Shown: one piece after another, positions 11,130 to 24,250 of the stretch
Layout: every line of letters begins with the position of its first letter
How positions within the stretch are numbered: position 1 is the stretch's first letter
Source of the DNA: Auanema rhodensis
Lineage: Eukaryota > Animalia > Nematoda
Assembly (NCBI GenBank): GCA_964057225.1
Contig: OZ059895.1
Coordinates: 6,324,001-6,388,000, forward strand
DNA: 64,000 nt
Direction: 5' to 3'
Position numbers and translations under genes: made by a program
The notes under the pieces: model-generated
What the model was told of the DNA's origin: nothing
The model's database searches: none
Seen by the model: the letters and a program-made list of their open reading frames with translations, nothing else

Positions 11130-12628
11130 ATGATGGAAGAAAGTGAACAGGTTTTTAATTCTGGTTGATATTGTTATTTACTCCTCATATCTAGAATTTC
11201 GTGTTGAAACATGTAGAAGGGGATATTCTCAATCCTACTCGCAGTGCTGAAGTTATTAACATCCTATTGCACTGTGTAGACGACAGTGGTTTGTGTCTCT
11301 ACAGTGTAAAAAAAATGATTTTTTTTTAAACTAGGTGTCTATGGTTCTGGTGGATTGTTTGATTTGATGAAAAGAAAATATCCGTCTATTCTCGATGCAT
11401 ATGAGAATATTCCGGATTTAAGCAAAGGACAAGCTCATATTGTCATCAATGATGTTTTGAACGGAACTGGCAGTGTTGTCATTTTTTTGATAGCTCAAGA
11501 TCAAAATGATAGAAGTCTGTGAGAGTCTGAGTTCAAAGAAATTGCGTTTTCAGGCCATATAGAACAAGATGTTTTTGAATCTTCAATGAAGAATGCTTCT
11601 GAGTTGGTTAAAACGTTTCCTAATGCATCTGTTAATCTGCCAAAAATTGGTTATGGGACTGATTTGAATTGGAATACAGTATAGTAGTTCATTGATTGCA
11701 TATATCCACAGATTCACTTAAGGTTGAACAAATGATTGAGAGATATTTCTTGAGATACCGAATCTCTTGCACTGTTTTTCATTATAAACGACCTGCAAGG
11801 CCAACAACTACTGCTCGGCGTCCAGCTCTTCGCTTAGTTGATGGTAATGGAGATAGAGATCGTTCAGAATCGCCTTTACCAGGTAGATTATTGACTATAT
11901 GTACTGCTTACATAAAATTACAGCTAAACGAGCTCGGAAACCAATTGTTGATTTGACAAGGTTAGATAACGACGACCGAAGTTCTTCATCATCTTCAAGT
12001 GCTGAGAGTAGTGAAGGTGAATACGAACCAAGTGATATTGAAGGTTAGTTATAACTAATTGGAGCATTTATAACTGGCAGTTTAGATAAACAAGATCCGT
12101 CTAGCTCTGATTCAAGTTTGGAATCAGACGACGAGGAGGAAGAAATAGAAACCGAAGATGATGTAGAGAGTGAAGATGAATACGTGGATGATAGATACAA
12201 GAAACCACCGTCGAGAAAACCTTTTCCTATACCTGAAGTGAAACCAAAATCTGAGGATTCTTTCAACGGAGCAGTTGTTTCACTTTTCGACGTGCCCGAA
12301 GATCTACTTAACGAATATATGTATATACTGTTTTATGTTCTTTATCATTATTTCTTATTTTAGGTCGTTTATCCAACAACAAGGTGGAGAAGTTGTAACC
12401 AATGAAGATGATTTGAAAAAAGCTACAGTGTCTGTTGTTTATAATCTTGAATTATTGCAAAACGCGGAAAAATTAGATGAATTCAGGTAGAATCAAAGAT
12501 ATTTCTAAATCATTAAAATCACTTTTAGACTAAAATTTGATAATGATTGCTTACAAGTTACATCCAATTATCTTGACGATCTGATTGCTGATGTTTCTGA
12601 TGTTAATATCCATTCTTACGTGCTTTGA
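11130..12628 (+). CDS. ALC1-type macrodomain + acidic linker + C-terminal BRCT-like domain protein
   Basis: ATG ATG GAA at 11130 after a TTTTTAAAG acceptor. LKHVEGDILNP..LLHCVDDSGVYGSGGLF..FLIAQ..VNLPKIG..NW..E..I.RY matches the ALC1 macrodomain. A D/E/S-rich tract follows, then FNGAVVSL..FIQQQGGEVV..KATVSV (BRCT-like); TGA at 12626. Confidence 0.85.
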
Positions 12629-12725
12629 AATAAAAAAAAACTATTTATTATGGAGTATTATCACCAGGCATTTCAAAAATTGAGTGAACATACATCAAGA
12701 GATCTCTATACAAAGCTGTATCATA

Positions 12726-13200
12726 TTATTTTATGTTTTCTTTTATATTTTTCTGTTTTTTTCGCCGTGTGGCTGACTTTAACTTCTTTTTATTCTGTCG
12801 AGGCTTCAAACCCGTAGCGCAGCTTTTTTTATTACTTATACTAGATCCCAACAGTTTTCGTAACCTATTAGCTGCAGCAGCCTCATCTTTTGGATCCAAT
12901 ACGATAAAACTAAAATTTTACATGTTGTCAACTGTTGTCTTTCGTACGGCTTACCCTTCTTTTCGGTACAACTCAGCACTATCCACAGCTTTTCTGGCTT
13001 TTGTAAATGTTATTTTTTCTTTTAGTAGTCGGTGGGTAGTGCTGGTGAGAGCTTTGTCTACGTCTGCTTTCTTTTCTACAAAAGAAAAAAAAGAAAAATG
13101 ATAAAGGTGCGATATGGAGAAGAAACATACTTCCACTAGCACCGGCCTTCAAAAGATCATCTAATTTAGTTGTTTGTTTCTTCTTCGTTCGTGAAAACAT
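12726..13200 (-). CDS. Small lysine-rich protein, possibly AROS/RPS19BP1-like
   Basis: Three exons with GT-AG introns give MFSRTKKKQ...KARKAVDSAELYRKEGFIVLDP...KENIK*. The family assignment is weak. Confidence 0.7.
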
Positions 13201-13385
13201 TATGAATACTGAATCTGACTATATATAAAACATAATTACTAAAAATGCAGGTATTTATATAGATTCAACTATTCAAACTGTAACAAGTCATCGATAATGA
13301 AAATGAGAAGTTTTTATAAAACCAAAAGATGATATATTTGCAACATGCTAGTTGTGGAATAGCTTTAATAATTTACTACCAGTCT

Positions 13386-14447
13386 TTATTTTACTGAGAC
13401 TGGGTGTTTTATGAAGTTGTACAGGCTTCGGGGCTTTCGCGCGAAGCTGACTTGAACGACTAGATGAACGAAGAGAAAAACCACTAGATTTTCCTGAATA
13501 TGAACAAAAGAAATTAAATCATAATAGAAAAAACATACGAGGCGAAACAATTTCAGAATCAGATGAACAAAGACGAGGAGATGGACTTCTTGTACCGTTT
13601 ACAATACTCTTTAATACAAAAAACGTAAAAGAAAACAAAGAATCGTTTACCTTAAACGACGAATGTAGTAATTGTGAAAGCGGCCGACTATCTCCTGTAG
13701 CAGCAAATTCAGAAAACTGAGCCTTATATTTAGCGGCTACAGACTCTCCCTCTAACTCGGGTACTTGTCTAAAAATGAAAATTTTTAAAAATAAGAGGAA
13801 TGGCCAATGGTACGAACAAGTGGTAAATAGTAGCTCATATGTACTTATATAAACTGCTTTACTTTCAACAATTGAAAGAAGAAGAATATATTTATATAAA
13901 TAATAAATTAAGACCACACCTATAACGCTCGAGATCATTCTTGTTGCCCAACAGGATCGTTCGATGTTCGCGAGCACACAAGACGTGCTCATGTTTGCTG
14001 ATCCTATCCAGTACATTCTCTGCATATCTGAAACCAAATACAGCGTATTGAACAAGGTGTCTATTGCTCACTGTAAGCTGAGCTGACTAGTGACATCGTA
14101 AACTACAATAAAAATATCAGCCCAAGCCATCCAACGCATTTCATCTCTATTCACATCATCAACTGTATCCATCACCCAAACCATAAGTGACTGCCCATCA
14201 ACTGTATCTTGACGGCAATACGTATCTTCTAAAAGGTTAAAATTTCTGATTATTCCAAAAAGAGCGAATCAAACCTAAAAGCGAATCATATTCGCCAATA
14301 AACCGTTTAGTTATATACTTTACTGCAATTGCTGTAATAATCGATATGCGCGACTGGAAATTATTTGAAAAGCTTACCTGACTTGCCCGATCCTGACATA
14401 CCCACGAGAGCTACATGCAATTCCCTGAGTGGAACGGACGGACGCAT
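13386..14447 (-). CDS. Ras-like small GTPase, RERG/RASL11/RASL12 type
   Basis: GMSGSGKS (G1), VKYITKRFIGEYD (G2, RERG-type), MDT, LGNKND (G4); no CAAX box; TTTTTTCAG acceptor 2 nt before the ATG. The C-terminal frame is uncertain. Confidence 0.88.
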
Positions 14448-14584
14448 TTCTGAAAAAAACATTTATTCCTATTTATCGAAACACAAATCGGTGATCGTTT
14501 GAATATGAAAGCAGGTTAAATTTGACAAGTCGAGGTCAAATATGCATATTACTGGTTTAGATAATTTGAAATAAAAACCTCAGG

Positions 14585-16831
14585 CTAGAATTGCGATGAA
14601 GAATTTTCTGACGATTCGGGATCTGTACTTTTAGGAGAGCTATCAGTACTTTGTGACCCGTCACCACAAATATCCGGAAAAGCAGGTAGGTAAACGATAG
14701 CGGCCGGATTTTGCCGCTGTCGCTCGATCGCGATGCACAACGGGTCAGTTGGATGGAAGAGCATCGTCACCTGACGGTTATTGGACTCTGGTAACCCGCT
14801 CAATGGGAGTCGTAAGAAAACCATGTTAGTCCTTCTAGAAGATATTCTGAAAACACATAAATAAGAAAAATTAAAGCTGAATACTAAAAAAACTACCGGA
14901 TTTCTTTATTTTCATGATAATCGGCTTGCATTTTTCCAGAAAGCATTTTTATTTGACAACGATCATCGATTTGGAACAGCTTGGGGTCAAGATAAGGCGA
15001 TTGTAAACTGACTTTGCTAGCCTAGAATTAGAAAAAAACACATATAAAAAACTTAGATAGTGTAATTACATGTAATGAGGGCAAGGGTAATTGATTTAAT
15101 ATTCTCCTCCTAGAATCGGATTGACTTCTTACAACTGAGAAAAAGGACAAAAATTAGTTTCGGTGATAGAAAAGATATAAAACCTCGCTTTCGATAGCGA
15201 TAAATGCTCTGAAAAGCAATTCGACGAAATTGTTCAGCACCAGGCCAACAAGTGTCACTCATAGGAAAAGCCATTCGTTCCGGCGAATCCTCATAGAAAT
15301 TTAAAAATTTACTATCAAACTATAATAGTAAATGTCAAAATAAAAAAAATCAACGAGAACTAACATCTTCAAAAACTTCTAAAACATCAGCACTCCTCCA
15401 ATCCATTACAACATAAAAACATGGAAGAATGTTGGGATCTCTAACACCATCATTGTTACTAGTAATAATATGAACTGCAAAAAATATAAACGTTTTAAAA
15501 ATTTTAGAACGGATACTCACAAGGTAGCATGCGAATCAGTAAGAAAAAATCATCAAACAAGCCAACTCTATCTATTCGTAAATTAGATCTGTAGTTAGCC
15601 CCGCGTAAGAATTCGGGAATCCGACCCTGCTTTTTGGCCCGTTCAAATAGAAAAGTGTTAATTCTTTGTTTCAAACCGGACATTATTTCTGTACGTAGAT
15701 AGGAGTCATGTAAATCACCGCTGAATGATAAAAAAGTTACATCTTTGGGCAGTGTTAAACACTTACTATAAATACATAGAATCATCATCATGAATTGTAT
15801 AACCTAAAACCCGTAGAGGTACAAGTTTACCCGTGTCCGATTCCACTTGGACAATATGAATAATTTGTTGATGATGGGAACTAATCATTAGATATCTTCC
15901 ACACAAATTTACACCGTGCGTTAAACTAACACGATCAGCTAATGATCGATATGTTCCACATATTTTGCCAGTCTATAAATTTACCATATATAGAGTTTCT
16001 GAAGGTTTCAGCAGAAACTGCTAACCTCCACGTTGACTGACACAAATGTATAGTCTTCTAAAGACATTGATGCTAGAGGTAAACTTTCCGTATGAGAATA
16101 AATACGATCAAGGTTATAAGATGTCTCTGGACCCTAAAACGAAAAATGAACAATAACAGTTAAAAGAAGAAAAGATGAAAACCGTACTCTTAAAGAAGTT
16201 ATAGCAACAACAACGAAAAATTTACTATCACAAGTGAAATACAACCCTTCTTGCTTGATTTGTCCGTCAAATGGCATGGCGGCTTCTCCCACCGGATCAA
16301 ACACTCTCTTGAAATTACTTTGTTAACAACTAATCTCATAAGGCATTTCATATTGTTTTTAAAGAAAATTATTAATGAAACACGACATTGTAAAAACATA
16401 TCTAAATCAATTTCTTACCATGAGAAAATCTTCTGGAAGAGCATCAATAGCTCTTTCAACTCCTAAGTATTTTTGAACTTTGACGATTCTTAAAGCACCA
16501 TTACAAGATATCATATATTTACCATCCGGTGTCCATCCCATAAGACAATCTCGACTGTTAGGTTCGAACCCAACCTAGATTAAAATTGGAGATGCTAGCA
16601 TGGCAGGACTAAGACACAAACCGGAAAATTTCTATCAAGTCGTATTGTGGAATAGAAGTCAAAATCCCCTGTATAATTTCTATTGCCTCGTAGTGCTCGA
16701 CCTCGTTCACGCTCTTGGAGCATTACATAAGGATTACATGACGGTATTCGTCGTCGCCTGCACCACTCTTGGTCAAATTGTGTTTCCGACAGATACATTG
16801 GAGCTGCACGAGAACTTGAAGGCACATTCAT
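14585..16831 (-). CDS. DET1: DET1 (de-etiolated 1) homolog, CRL4-associated protein
   Basis: RRRIPSCNPYVMLQERERG, WTPDGKY, LYFTCDSKFFVV, SLEDYTF, GLKQRINTFLF, QSPYLD and VTMLFHPTDPLCIAIER match the order and character of DET1 motifs (RRIQNQN, FSPDGRY, LEDYSL, LKHRLL, SPYLD, FHPFEP). Confidence 0.85.
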
Positions 16832-17009
16832 TCCTACTATAGAATTAGAAACAATGGTAGAAGTTCATAACTATTTTTTCCGAGTATACTCAGAAAAATA
16901 AAATATTTTCAGAGGGATATCCCTATAACTTTCAGTCACGCAGACCTAGCTAAACACTATACTTCAATACATTCTACATTACAGAAGAGTTATCTATCAG
17001 AACAAAAAT

Positions 17010-17459
17010 CTAATTAATGCGATTCCATTGGAAATAGTCTGGTTTGTACTGGCCAGGCGCGGGATGATCAGAAAGATAAGCTGAGTCGAGTTTTCCCTCC
17101 ATGTACAGCTTCCTTCTTTGAGCACCAATGGCTTCAGCACGCTGAAATATCATGGTTTGTGATGCCGAAGGTATAAAGACGTACCTTCTTCTGCTTATCT
17201 CCAGTTAAACATTCTTGGAAATCTCTATGTTCCAAGTCGCAATATTTGCGCCCCAACTTAGCCCCATATGCTTCCATACAGCGATAGAACTGTGATTCGA
17301 AGAAACCACATACTCTTCCTAAAGTACATGACTCAAATATAAACTGTTTGACTATGAACCTTGTTGAGAAAGGGGAAGTGAGAAAGTATCCGAAATTGGA
17401 GCTTTCACAATTGGGGTAAGGGTTGAGAAATTCTCAGGAACCCTGTTTCCTGTGGCCAT
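17010..17459 (-). CDS. nduf-5: Complex I subunit NDUFS5
   Basis: Twin-cysteine pattern RVCGFFESQFYRCMEAYG...YCDLEHRDFQECL, 3 exons; adjacent to mek-2. Confidence 0.92.
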
Positions 17460-18460
17460 CCCTAAAATGTTATAACAAATTAATATTACTTAATCAAATA
17501 TTTTTTGATCGCATATATAAAACAAATTAAACACAAAATTCGATAACCATCACTCAAACTTCCCCTTTCTTAAAACAACAATGCAATTTAAAAAGCAAGA
17601 GTAATTAATAAAGTTGGTGATTTATGGCCAACAAACTTCAAAGAATATTAAATTTAAGCGAAACTACAAAATTGTTCTCCCGTCTACCCAAGTACATCCA
17701 ATTAGAGTTCGCACATCTCTCTCTCTTCCTCTTTTACGCGGGTGGTCCCCAAAATCGATTTTAACTCACAAGTCTCCCTAAATATCAGTTCACGTTATAC
17801 AAGAAATATGGATGTTATATATGACGTAGTAGAGAGTAAGTTAATATTTTCAATATTTAAAAATATCCTAATTGAGGCATTCACATCTTCATCCCAGTGG
17901 TTGCAATAGTCTTCATCTGTGTCGTATTATATATCAACAGCAGAAAAGAAATTGAAGAAACAACGGTAGAATCAATATTATGTCAAGGTAATCAATCCAA
18001 TAATTATAAAATAAAAAGTATTTTTAGGGTTTTTACCCTTAAACTTAAAACAAACAAAAAAATATTTAAACAGTAGCATACTATACTCTTTCAGAAAACA
18101 TTGCAACATCAAAAACAAAGGAAGATAAGAAGAGTGAATAATTGCAATTTACAAGAAAAGCTATGCAATATGCAAAGAAGCGAGGACTAGCCAACATGAT
18201 ATTCTTTCTAAAAACAAAAAAATCCGTTCTTACAGATCTGTGAATATTGTCTTTTATAAATAGGTATCAGCATAAATTATATTTCATGAAACATGAAGAA
18301 AAAAGAAATAAATATAGCTCGTGGAAGATGGGGTGTTTTTTCCGAGCTGTGAAGTTATGTTACAGGGTATATTAACAGTAGATATATAGAAACAGATGTA
18401 TCAGATATGAACATTTGTTATAAAGTTCAATCAAATAGGAGTTATTACCTTGCACTAGGC

Positions 18461-19997
<1,537 letters not shown>

Positions 19998-22900
19998 CTT
20001 AAATGGCAGTAGATATAGAAAATACTTTTAAAATTTAAATATTCTTAAGCAAATCACGAAGCAATCACCGTTTATTACAGACTAATCTTATTTATTGCCA
20101 AACGAAAAACGCAAAGAGTGCAGTACGGATTGTAAACAGAATACAACACTAGGAGCTCTCTTCTAAAGTTATTATTTATAAAATTAAAGATTCAATGCTA
20201 TTTTCTGTTCAAATATTATATAACCTGAACTCAAGAAAATACTAATGATAACAAAAAATTTGAATTTTGTTAACTATTGAAGTTAACGATACTAAGAGTA
20301 GTAACACAAATCTGTTCAATTTTCTCTAATATTAATGAAATACTGTTTCAAAAAATAACTACTTAAATAAAAAAAAGTATCATGAATTATTATTTGAAAT
20401 TAATAGAATGGTTCGATACTAATGAAGTTAAGTGGGTTAGGAATAATTTTTAATTTTCCCAAACTTCATTACAACTCATTTATAATACTCCATAATTATT
20501 GTGATATAAAATGGAGAGAAGAGGTTGTTTTTCTCGAACTTTAACTCATGGAGAATACTTGTTCAGAAATCTGAATGTTGGGAGGAAACGGTAACATATG
20601 GAAGTGAGAACGGAGAACCAGAAATGTAATGTTCTTTTAATTCTGAGTTTGATAAATATGTTATTATTCATAGGTACAAAAACACCAAAATTATTTTGTG
20701 GAAGTATAAAAAATGATAAGATATTTTTCTCTGAATAAACAATATGGGTTTTCTTTTCATGAAAATTTTAGAATACAAGAAAAGAAAAATGACATTTCAA
20801 GATTTATGCTATTCTGTTAACGTTAACCTTAAACAAATTTCATAGACTTATCATTATCATATCAATATTTTATACATATTATAAATCTCTTTTAATAAAT
20901 CTCATCCATAACTTCATTTAAATGTGATTATTTTGAAATTATAATTATAGAAACATCATCAAATATTTTAATCTTTATATCATTGTACTCATAAAAGGGA
21001 AATTGAATTATAAAAAAAGAGAAATCAACTGGGGCGTGAATAGATAGATACCAATCAACGGAACAGCGAAAGAACTTTGTTTGAGCCTTGATTCAATTTT
21101 CGATTTCTCGAGTTTACCCTTAAGTTACAGGTAAAAATTCTCTAAGGGTTTTCAGCTGTTTTTTCATGCATTTTAAATCATTTTTATTAAAATAGATTAA
21201 AGCTATCAATCATGATTTTTATAGAAAATATGATGCGATTTTAAATTGAAAACTATGAGATGTCGACACTTTCATTTCTCGATTTAAAAAACTAAGAGCT
21301 TTCGTACAGCTAGAGAATAATCAGTCAGAAAACTGGATATGATTCTAGTGTTCATGATATGCAGCTACACGAGAAATAGCCAATTTTTTCGATCCAACCT
21401 CGCTTTCCAAAAATGATTAATTAAAAATTAGAATCATATGTCGTTCGCTTATTGTTCTTCACTAATGTTAGCACGCTATTATTTCATCAGTTTCAAAATC
21501 ATTGAGATAGACAACAAACAGATTATCAAGATTTTTTGAATCAAGTGTCTATTGACCCTTTCTATCATATTGTTTCATGTATCAGCTGTACATATGGACT
21601 ATGATGAAGACATACGAACAAAAATCCAAAATCAAGATTTAATATTTTAAAAACTACATACATCACTGTATGTGATATAACTTGATATCATCTATCTCTG
21701 TACGTATATGTATGTGACGTTTTAGCTTATACAAATAAGCCAAAAAAAAACTTGACATATACATATATGCAGCAAGTTTCTAAAAGAAAGTGAAACACCT
21801 CATTTTCCTTTTCAATTCTTTCGTTAAGTTATAATTTTTTAAACTCTCTTGTAATTTCTTTGAAAAATCTGAAACTAAGCTTTTGAAAACTCATTAGAAT
21901 ATGTGTTAAGCTGTATTGTCTCTAGACGAGCTTGGTTTTTGATCAATTGATCTTAAGAACACTAAGATCAAGTTGACTGATTAAGCATATTTCAAATTGA
22001 AACATTATATATTCAATATTAAATAAAAATTAATATATACTTCAACAATGAATATTCCCTCTATCTGCAGGATAATTTATAAAATATTTGAAATGCATTG
22101 CTATTTGATGCAACACTTGCTCAATCAACGAATTGTATAAGTTAGCAAATCACTATAAATAAGTTTATATTAATTCTGCAAATATAAACTGTCATATGAG
22201 AAAACCTCATTCTCTCAACAATATTAAAAACATTCTCAATTGAACATAGATTATTCGTTTTTTAAAGGAATTATCGGATAGCTTTGTTCCCAGAAATATG
22301 TTTAGCTATAAGACCTACAGTCGGATTGTTGCATGTCTAGCCATCCGCCCGACTAGGTGTCCGTATTACAGGCAAAAGCCGTATGAACAAGATCTTTGCT
22401 CTTCTATCTTAGACTGTGATGATTAAATGGATAGGTGTCCTTCGCTTTTTCCTAGCTTACACAGTGAAGTGCAGGTTTGTGGGTGTTATAGGTTTTAAGG
22501 CTTAGAAAGCCTTCAGAAGAGAGTGGTCGTTAGAACAAGATCAAATTACGTGATCTGATTGGGCGGACTGATCAGATATGTTCGTAACCAAGCCAACCTT
22601 TCAGATCAAGTAGACTACCTATCCAGATGCTTTCATGTCCTGTTATGCCATCCGATATCATCATGAGAAATATAAATCCGAATTATGAGATATTGCCTTC
22701 GGAAGCAAAAAAAAACTTGGAAAGAAATAAGAAGATGAAAGAAAAATAAACCACAGAACATTTTCTTTTGAACCATAAATTTTATATTTCCGGAAAGAAT
22801 TTGCAAGGTGGTTTCCAAAGATTATCGTTAAATATAATGGTTGACCGTCTTTTAATAATCTTATAAGAGATTTAAAAATTGAAATGTTGGATTTAGAAAA

Positions 22901-23366
22901 AATTAACAATGACTGCTCATTTTTTTAAAGGAAAAGCATGATAATAGGGAAGTGTAAATGTTGCTTGACCCCAAAATCACATAGTTCTTTTAAAGACGAA
23001 AGAAAACTTTTTCTAGTATTTCGAAAATCATATTTCTGTATATACACGACCTGATCTGTATCCATTAGCCAAAACCCAAAATGCTTATAGGAAAAAGATG
23101 ATACGACGGAAATCTTAGAAATTAGATCCGAACCATGTCCTGTCCAAGACGTTACCTGAGATGGGCGGTGATTGTCAAAATTGTCTGTCAAATCCAAAAC
23201 CTGAAACCAGCTTCTTTTATCTGTATATAAGCTGAGTTCATCAAACTTCAATCCGCATGGAGATCTTCAATTAATATACAGAAATGTATCTTTAATTTCA
23301 GTTTCTGTCTATAACTTTTTCTTGTGTCTATTCTAAAACTATACTTCTCAATTGAGCAATTTAGAA

Positions 23367-24250
23367 ATGAGTCGGCTACTTTGCAACGTAGCAGTTTTCA
23401 TGCTTCTTATTGTTGTCCTTGAGGCTTGCCACAGCCACGTTATCGTTGGACGTAGTAAGAAACTTGTAAAATGCAAGAGCAAGAAGAGAGAAGGTGTGTA
23501 ATTGGCTCCAACTGAATATATTTCAAATTCAAATAGAAAATTCAAATTCAAGTATTTATATTTATCATTTTTAGGTAAAATGTGTTATTACTATGCTAAA
23601 GGAGAATACTCTCATAACCACGAGCACACTCATGGATCTCACGGTTCTCACGAACACGGTCATCCCCACGGATCTTCTGATTCTTCGGATAAAGTCAGCA
23701 CTGAAGAAGACATCTCTTTAGAATGTGGATCAAAGGGTTGTTCTTCTGGGTCTACTGAGACTAGCGTCGAAATTATCGTGGATGAGGAAGGATACGTCTA
23801 CTGCGAAGAAGAAGAGGAGATCATTGAGGATATCATTGGTACTATATATTTCACTCGTATTTTACCTAAGAGCTTGGTTTTAGGAACCTGCTCTACTGGA
23901 TGCGGAGCTTATGAACTTCAAGTCGGACTTTGCCCCGTTGGAGCCAAATGCTCTGATGGTGGAAAGGCTGCCTATGACGTTGTCACCGATGATTCTGATG
24001 GATGCATGTCTTTAGCTTGCCAAGATTCTTCCTATAGTGTAAGCATTACTTATTAATAATTTTAATAATCTTACTGAAGAACAACTTAACAAAACACATT
24101 TTTCAGCTTGGAGTACTTGGAGTTAACGGCGAGCTTTCTCTTGATGCTGAAACTCTCACTTGCCACAAAGAGAAGTGGTACAAGCGTATTGACGATAAGA
24201 CCGCTCTCCAATTCGGAAAGAAGATTACTGTTGTTTGTTACAAGCTCTAA
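23367..24250 (+). CDS. Secreted protein with His-rich tract, acidic tract and Cys-rich (C6-like) domain
   Basis: Signal peptide MSRLLCNVAVFMLLIVVLEA, then HSHNHEHTHGSHGSHEHGHPHG, EEEEE and six or more Cys, ending ITVVCYKL*; 4 exons. Confidence 0.8.

Noticed and set aside
16185-16190. Apparent 6-nt microexon in DET1
   Set aside because: Reading the upstream exon in the correct frame (QEGLYFTCDSKFFVVVAITSLR) gives an ordinary phase-0 junction.
22490-22510. CTAAGCCTTAA as a possible telomerase RNA template
   Set aside because: It does not match a TTAGGC template exactly, and the context looks like repeat relics.
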